IMG/VR virus record: IMGVR_UViG_2563366886_000004
Direction: 5' to 3' (one strand)
From: a virus
Lineage: Duplodnaviria; Heunggongvirae; Uroviricota; Caudoviricetes
Length of the DNA: 9,648 bases
Shown: in pieces, positions 9,478 through 9,648 of the stretch
Layout: each line of letters starts with the position of its first letter
Numbering within the stretch: the stretch's first letter is position 1
Made by a program: the position numbers and the translations under genes
Notes under the pieces: generated by a model
The model's input: the letters and a program-made list of their open reading frames with translations, nothing else
Told to the model about the DNA's origin: nothing
The model's database searches: none

Positions 9478-9648
9478 ATGGTCCGTCTGCCCCCTGTGGT
9501 GATGTCAGCAAAATCAGCCACTGCGCGAACCACAATAGCCCGGGAAGATGCTGAAGATCACCAGGTAAAGCTGTCAGCGCAGAAACTGGAAGAACTGCTC
9601 GCATCAATGGTTAAGGATGAGGTTGATCGCAATGATGGGATTTATTGA
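9478..9648 (+). CDS. Hypothetical small protein (56 aa), function unknown, downstream of tfa
   Basis: ATG at 9478 preceded by a strong Shine-Dalgarno GGAGG (9463-9467, 10-nt spacer); stop TGA at 9646-9648, the last three bases of the window. Translation MVRLPPVVMSAKSATARTTIAREDAEDHQVKLSAQKLEELLASMVKDEVDRNDGIY; no motif I can recognise. The longer 93-aa ORF in the track requires a TTG start at 9367 with no ribosome-binding site. Confidence 0.45.
   Translation: MVRLPPVVMSAKSATARTTIAREDAEDHQVKLSAQKLEELLASMVKDEVDRNDGIY

Larger units (their letters stand above)
1..9648 (+). mobile_element. Lambdoid prophage tail / host-range module (K-I-J-lom-stf-tfa), continuing beyond both window edges
   Basis: Gene order, same-strand arrangement and the K/I overlap match the phage lambda late operon; the translations match my recollection of lambda gpK, gpI, gpJ, Lom, Stf and Tfa. 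No integrase, att site or prophage boundary is inside the window. Confidence 0.85.

Noticed and set aside
7254-9533. Small ORFs overlapping stf and tfa (7254-7469 plus, 7932-8117 minus, 8226-8534 plus, 8758-8991 minus, 8843-9124 plus, 9068-9346 minus, 9219-9533 minus)
   Set aside because: They sit in alternative frames or antisense to stf and tfa, are short, and lack start signals.
8700-9648. Possible Gin/Pin-type invertible tail-fiber segment
   Set aside because: In Mu, P1 and e14, alternative fiber-tip cassettes sit in inverted orientation next to an invertase. Here stf, tfa and the following ORF are all on the plus strand and I found no inverted crossover repeats within the window. An invertase could still lie beyond 9648.
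1-9648. CRISPR arrays, tRNA or rRNA genes, insertion sequences, integrase or att sites, toxin-antitoxin or defence-system genes
   Set aside because: No direct-repeat/spacer periodicity, no tRNA-like structures, and no transposase- or integrase-like reading frames were seen. All substantial coding capacity is accounted for by the tail-module genes.

Overview
This window reads as the distal tail / host-range module of a lambda-like (lambdoid) siphovirus prophage from an enterobacterial host, all on the + strand: the 3' part of tail-tip assembly gene K, overlapping gene I, host-specificity gene J, the outer-membrane moron lom bracketed by two intrinsic terminators, a long side tail fiber gene stf, its assembly chaperone tfa, and a small unassigned ORF that ends at the right edge. 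Gene calls rest on protein motifs readable in the translations, on the gene order and overlap pattern, and on my recollection of phage lambda proteins; no database search was run. I do not see a new defence or other undescribed system here. The parts most worth follow-up are the mosaic, AT-rich central domain of Stf, the compositionally distinct 3' end of J, and the small ORF after tfa. The many minus-strand and alternative-frame ORFs in the six-frame track are judged to be artefacts of GC-rich or low-complexity coding sequence.
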